Translations under genes and position numbers: made by a program
Shown here: piece after piece, positions 59,301 to 64,000 of the stretch
How the letters are laid out: each line of letters starts with the position of its first letter
Numbering within the stretch: the first letter of the stretch is position 1
Notes under the pieces: generated by a model
Seen by the model: the letters and a program-made list of their open reading frames with translations, nothing else
What the model was told of the DNA's origin: nothing
The model's database searches: none
Assembly (NCBI GenBank): GCA_965215335.1
Contig: CBDCDA010000001.1
Span: forward strand, 640,001 to 704,000
DNA: 64,000 nucleotides
Source: an uncultured Candidatus Entotheonella sp.
GTDB lineage: Bacteria > Tectomicrobia > Entotheonellia > Entotheonellales > Entotheonellaceae
Direction of reading: 5' to 3'

Positions 59301-61553
59301 ATGCATGCTGTCACCTGGAAGGAACGCCTGAAGAGTCGCCTGCCGGCGGCCCTGGAAGAGGACATCGCCATTTTCGAGACGCAATTGACGTTGAAGCATC
59401 AGAACAAGATCGACGACAAGATTTTCGCCGAGACGCGTCTGCGGCGCGGGGTCTACGGGCAGCGCTATGACAACGGTCAGCGCCACGACGGCGTGAAGAC
59501 CCGGCCGTTGAATTATCCCTGCGAGAGCCTCACCAAGGGGCCGCAAACGGTGTGGGACGCGCCTGGCATGCAGCGCATCAAAATTCCCTTTGGCGGCCTC
59601 AACGCCGAACAAATGGAGACGCTGGCCGACTTGTCGGAAGAGTATTCCGATGCCATCTGCCACGTTACCACCCGGCAGGATTTTCAACTCCACTTCGTGC
59701 ATATCGACGACACTCCTGACCTCATGCGGCGCTTGGCCGCGGCGGGCATCACCACGCAGGAGGCTTGCGGCAACGTGGTGCGCAACGTTACCGCCTGCCC
59801 CTTGGCAGGCGTCTGCGGCGACGAGAGCTTCGACGTGACGCCCTACGCCCACGCCCTGGCGTATTTCCTCCTGAATCACAAAGACGCCCAGGACTTTGGC
59901 CGCAAGTTCAAAATCGCGTTTTCGGGCTGCACCGATCACGCCTGCGGCCTGGCCAACATGCACGACTGCGGCCTGGTTGCCAAAACCCGGGTGGAAAACG
60001 GCCAGTCCCGGCGCGGTTTCACCTTCTACGTTGGCGGCGGCCTGGGGGCCGTGCCGCATCAGGCGCAGGTGCTGGACGAGTTTGTTGCGGAGGAAGAGAT
60101 TCTGCCGCTGGCCCAGGCCGTCTGCCGGGTCTTCGCGCGATTGGGCGAAAAGAAGAACCGAGCGCGGGCGCGCCTGAAGTTCCTGGTGGCCAAGCTGGGG
60201 ATGGAGGAATTCCGGCGGCTGGTGCTGGAAGAGCGAGCGATTCTGCCGCGGGACGAACGCTGGACGCTCTATATGGACGACCTCGACGCCACGGACGAAT
60301 CCCCCACGCGGCCGGCCGGCACTCTGCCGACGGAGCCGCATCCCGAAGGGTTTGCCGACTGGATGGCGAGCAACGTCATGTTCCAGAGCCAACCCGGCTA
60401 CGCGGTGGCGACGGTCTGTCTGCCCCTGGGCGACCTCACCGCGGCGCAACTGCGCACCCTGGCCGGCATCACGCGGCGCTACAACGGCGGTTATGCCCGC
60501 ACCACGGTTGAGCAGAACATCGTGCTGCGCTGGATCAGTCAGGCCGACCTTCCCGGCCTCCATACCGACCTCGCGGCGGTCGGCTTGGCCCAATCCGGCG
60601 CTTCCACCCTGCGCGACATCACCGCCTGCCCGGGCACGGACACCTGCAAGCTCGGCATTTCGTCATCGCGCGGTCTGGCAGCGGAGCTGCGCCAGCGGGC
60701 GTCGGCGTGCAACGGCCAGATCGACCCGTCGGTGCAGGACCTGAAGATCAAGATCAGCGGCTGCTTCAACTCCTGCGGCCAGCATCACGTCGCCGACATC
60801 GGCTTCTACGGCGTCAGCCGCAAGGCGGACAACCACGCGGTGCCACACTTTCAGATGGTGCTTGGCGGTCAGTGGACCGAGAACGCCGGCGCCTACGGCC
60901 TGGCCGTCGCAGCGGTGCCGTCGAAGCGCGTGCCGGAGGCGGTAGAGCGGCTCACCAGCTTCTACGTGGCGGAGCGGGAGCCGGAGGAAACGTTTCAGGC
61001 CTTCATCAAGCGCGTCGGCAAGGCCAAAATACGCACGCTTCTGCAGGACCTGACGAAGGTGCCGGCATACGCCCAGGACAGTTCCTACTACTCGGATTGG
61101 GGTGACCCGCGGGAATACGGCCTCGGCGACATGGGCGTCGGCGAGTGCGCCGGTGAGGTGGTATCGCTGACCGAATTCGGCCTGGCCAGCAGCGAACGGC
61201 AGGTCTTCGAGGCGCAGGTTGATCTGGATAACCGGGACTTTGCCAAGGCGTCGAAAACGGCCTTCCAGGCCATGCTGGAGGCGGCCAAGGCCCTTATTCA
61301 GGTCTACGACATCGACGTCGTCAATGACGCGGACCGGATCGTCGAGGAATTTCGGCGGCGCTTTTATGATACCGAGCTGTTCCACGACCCCTACGCCGGG
61401 GCGAAGTTTGCCAATTATCTGTTTCACGCCGCCAACGGCGGGCGGGCCGACACCAGCCCGGCGGCGGTTCACCGGCGCATCGAGGAAGCCCAGCTCTTCA
61501 TCGAGGCGGCTCATTCCTGCTACAACCGTCTCGGTCAACGGCAACCGGTGTAG
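59301..61553 (+). CDS. Sulfite/nitrite reductase hemoprotein (siroheme-4Fe4S) with a C-terminal extension
   Basis: HVTTRQDFQ, RNVTACP, RKFKIAFSGC, ACPGTDTC and ISGCFNSC motifs. Confidence 0.9.
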   Translation: MHAVTWKERLKSRLPAALEEDIAIFETQLTLKHQNKIDDKIFAETRLRRGVYGQRYDNGQRHDGVKTRPLNYPCESLTKGPQTVWDAPGMQRIKIPFGGLNAEQMETLADLSEEYSDAICHVTTRQDFQLHFVHIDDTPDLMRRLAAAGITTQEACGNVVRNVTACPLAGVCGDESFDVTPYAHALAYFLLNHKDAQDFGRKFKIAFSGCTDHACGLANMHDCGLVAKTRVENGQSRRGFTFYVGGGLGAVPHQAQVLDEFVAEEEILPLAQAVCRVFARLGEKKNRARARLKFLVAKLGMEEFRRLVLEERAILPRDERWTLYMDDLDATDESPTRPAGTLPTEPHPEGFADWMASNVMFQSQPGYAVATVCLPLGDLTAAQLRTLAGITRRYNGGYARTTVEQNIVLRWISQADLPGLHTDLAAVGLAQSGASTLRDITACPGTDTCKLGISSSRGLAAELRQRASACNGQIDPSVQDLKIKISGCFNSCGQHHVADIGFYGVSRKADNHAVPHFQMVLGGQWTENAGAYGLAVAAVPSKRVPEAVERLTSFYVAEREPEETFQAFIKRVGKAKIRTLLQDLTKVPAYAQDSSYYSDWGDPREYGLGDMGVGECAGEVVSLTEFGLASSERQVFEAQVDLDNRDFAKASKTAFQAMLEAAKALIQVYDIDVVNDADRIVEEFRRRFYDTELFHDPYAGAKFANYLFHAANGGRADTSPAAVHRRIEEAQLFIEAAHSCYNRLGQRQPV

Positions 61554-61573
61554 CTCAGGAGGACGGCAAGGCC

Positions 61574-62170
61574 ATGGAAAGCGTGAAGGTTGACGTCAAG
61601 TTGTTCCTCCAGGAACCCGCCGAAGTCGATCTGGAAGACTTCATCCCCGTCTTTCACGACTGGATTCAACACCAGCATCTCGACGAACTGCTCATCGACG
61701 TCGTGGATTACCGGCACGTGCACAATGGGCCGGGTGTGATGCTGATCGCCCACGACGCGCATTACGCGATGGATATGGCCGGCGGCAGGATGGGCCTCCT
61801 ATACAGCCGTCGGCGCGAAACCCATCCGACCCGAAATGCCATCCAAAGCGTTGCGGCGCGTCTGCGATCCGTCGTGCAATGCGCCCTGACGGCGTGTCGG
61901 CTTCTCGAAGCGGAGTCGTCTCTGCAAGGCCGTCTGAAGTTCCGCGGCGATGAAATGCTGCTGAGAATCAATGATCGTCTGGTGTCCCCTACCCTCGACG
62001 CCTTCGACGACCTGCAGGCGCACCTCCAACCGAGCCTGGCAAGCCTCTACCCGGGTCGTCAGGTCGAGGTGGAGCGTAACCGCGGGACAGATTCCCGTTT
62101 AACGGTGGCGATAAAGGCTTCCGAGGATTCGGGGGTGGGGACGCTATACAGCCGACTGGGCGAAAGCTGA
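61574..62170 (+). CDS. Hypothetical protein co-oriented with the sulfite reductase
   Basis: AGGAGG ribosome-binding site; 20-bp gap; IPVFHDWIQ...DVVDYRHVHNGPGV. Confidence 0.72.
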   Translation: MESVKVDVKLFLQEPAEVDLEDFIPVFHDWIQHQHLDELLIDVVDYRHVHNGPGVMLIAHDAHYAMDMAGGRMGLLYSRRRETHPTRNAIQSVAARLRSVVQCALTACRLLEAESSLQGRLKFRGDEMLLRINDRLVSPTLDAFDDLQAHLQPSLASLYPGRQVEVERNRGTDSRLTVAIKASEDSGVGTLYSRLGES

Positions 62171-62280
62171 TGCCACAATGCGCAACAACAATATCCCGGC
62201 ATGATTCGTCCATTTGTCGCCTTGTCTTTGCGGACCTGCAAAGATGCTGGCAGGACAGCCTGGACGGACACCACGCCAGT

Positions 62281-63999
62281 CTATGCCGCGGCGACGAAAA
62301 CAACCAGTGCCAGGCCGGCGAGGAACACCACGATCCACATCACCGTGGCGCCGATCGGCAGGCGGTAGCGATTCTCGTCGTACACCAGGGTCGGCGTACC
62401 ATCAGGCGACGCTTCGTCAGCAACAGGCGGGAGGTGCAGGGGAGCGCCGGTGAGCCTGTCGGGGACGAGATACGGGTTCCGTGCATAGGGCAGCAGCGCC
62501 TGCAAAACGGCCACGCGGCAGGTCTCCAAGGCAGCCCCCGTCCGCCGTGCAAGGGCGATCAGATGGGCGAAAACCGCTTGCAGCGGCTGGCGGTAGAACC
62601 AGTCCGTGTCCAAAGTCACTGTCGTCTCGCGGTGGAACCGGTCCAGCAGCCACCAGAAGCCGAGCCCCGTACCGATCAGCAATTGCACCGACGAAACGAC
62701 ATGGTCGACGGTAAACGGATGGTATTCGGCGGCAAACGGCAGGCGCGCGTAAAGCGCCTGCGGGAAGAGACCCAGCCAGACGCAGAAGAAGGCGCCCACG
62801 GCCATCGCCAGGAGCATGTTGACCGGCAGACGCTGCGGCGCCCCGCCGGCCCTGCGGTTGCCGCCCATGAAGGTGAAATAGGGCAGTTTCAGCCCGACAC
62901 TCAGAAAGGTGCCCACGCCGGCCAGCGTCAGCAGAAGCTCCGGCAGCGCCAGGTGCGCTTCGGCGGCAGCCGAGACGATCATCGACTTGCTGGTAAAGCC
63001 GTTGAACAGCGGCACGCCGGAAATCGACAGCGCGGCCACCATGTACAGGCCGAAAACGAGCGGCATGGCACGACTCAGGCCGCCAAGGTCGCTGAGCTTG
63101 CGTTTGCCGGTCGCCTGGATCACCGCCCCGGCACCCATGAACAGAAGGGCCTTGTAAAGGATGTGGCAGAAGGCGTGGGCGCCGCTGCCGTTCAGGGCCA
63201 GCGCCGTGCCCATGCCTACCGCGGCCACCATGTAGCCGACCTGGCTGACGATGTGGTAGGCCAGCAGCCGCCGAATATCGTTTTCCAGGATGGCGTAGAC
63301 CACGCCGTACAGGGTCATGACCACCCCGGCCCACAGCAGGACCTCGGCGCCCGGGAAGAGGCGGATGAGCACGTAAACGGCGGTTTTGGTGGTGAAGGCG
63401 CTCAGAAACACGCTGCCGGTGACCGAGGCTTCCGGGTAAGCGTCCGTCAGCCAGGCGTGCAGCGGCGGCACCGCGGCATTGATCACGACGCCCAGCAGCA
63501 TGAGCCAGAAGGCCGCGCGCGGCGTTTCACTTTGCGTCAGGGCCGCCAGGTTGACCTCGCCGCCGTGGAACAGGTGGAGTGAAATCCCGCAGAACAACAG
63601 CGAGCCGCCGAAAATATGCACCAGCAGATAGCGGTATCCGGCCGCCTGCGACTGCGCCGTGCCGCCGAACCACACCACGAACAGCGATGCCACCGCCATC
63701 AGCTCCCAAAACACGAAGAGGGTGATCCAGTCACCGGCGAACACCACCCCGAGACCGCCGGCGGCGTACACCAGGGTGGCGGCGTGCTCGCCGCCGCGCC
63801 GCACGTGCAAGGCATACAGCACGCCGATGCAGGTGATCAGGCTGAAAATGAGGCCGAATACGTGGCTCAGGGCATCCACTCGCAACACCTGCAGCGTATA
63901 GTTGGGCAGCGCCCATGACAAGCTGGCAGCGGCGTCGAGATCCCAGGCCGTCCAAAGCGTTGCCAGCGTCCCGGCCAGCAGAACGATCTGCCGCAGGAC
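62281..63999 (-). CDS. Na+/H+ antiporter subunit D-like (Mrp/NuoL-M-N family), start lies beyond the window
   Basis: FVFWELM, PLHAWLTDAYP, LLAYHIVSQ, HILYKALLF and PLFNGFTSK motifs; frame is open to the window end. Confidence 0.88.
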   Translation of the reverse strand, partial: VLRQIVLLAGTLATLWTAWDLDAAASLSWALPNYTLQVLRVDALSHVFGLIFSLITCIGVLYALHVRRGGEHAATLVYAAGGLGVVFAGDWITLFVFWELMAVASLFVVWFGGTAQSQAAGYRYLLVHIFGGSLLFCGISLHLFHGGEVNLAALTQSETPRAAFWLMLLGVVINAAVPPLHAWLTDAYPEASVTGSVFLSAFTTKTAVYVLIRLFPGAEVLLWAGVVMTLYGVVYAILENDIRRLLAYHIVSQVGYMVAAVGMGTALALNGSGAHAFCHILYKALLFMGAGAVIQATGKRKLSDLGGLSRAMPLVFGLYMVAALSISGVPLFNGFTSKSMIVSAAAEAHLALPELLLTLAGVGTFLSVGLKLPYFTFMGGNRRAGGAPQRLPVNMLLAMAVGAFFCVWLGLFPQALYARLPFAAEYHPFTVDHVVSSVQLLIGTGLGFWWLLDRFHRETTVTLDTDWFYRQPLQAVFAHLIALARRTGAALETCRVAVLQALLPYARNPYLVPDRLTGAPLHLPPVADEASPDGTPTLVYDENRYRLPIGATVMWIVVFLAGLALVVFVAAA

Positions 64000-64000
64000 G

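Overview
A 64-kb GC-rich bacterial chromosome segment, probably from a diderm (an LptE-like lipoprotein is present); the taxon cannot be assigned from sequence alone. The housekeeping backbone includes rpe, rsmB, fmt, def, priA, a dksA-like gene, cysH, rpiA, rpsT, holA, tRNA-Arg(CCG), aroA, aroK, an exonuclease I-like gene, two hsp20 genes, a sulfite/nitrite reductase and an MrpD-like subunit. Catabolic genes include four SDRs, an LLM oxidoreductase, a SolA-like oxidase, two hydantoinase A/B pairs, a gluconolactonase and a PQQ alcohol dehydrogenase with a cytochrome c. A decayed IS and toxin-antitoxin patch spans about 3-9.6 kb. There are three main highlights. (1) Two unannotated leader ORFs of 41-42 aa, 45 kb apart, share the motif C-T-H-x-T-G-G-x-C-C. 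Each sits just upstream of a related intrinsic terminator and of a sulfate-assimilation gene (cysH; sulfite reductase), making this a candidate cysteine-sensing leader-peptide attenuation regulon. (2) The type I restriction-modification locus has a second, inverted hsdS cassette about 10.5 kb away and four copies of a 37-bp site, one in front of each TRD, making it a candidate specificity shufflon. (3) HsdR is fused to a LexA/S24-type autopeptidase domain. Gene calls come from motif recognition, not database searches.
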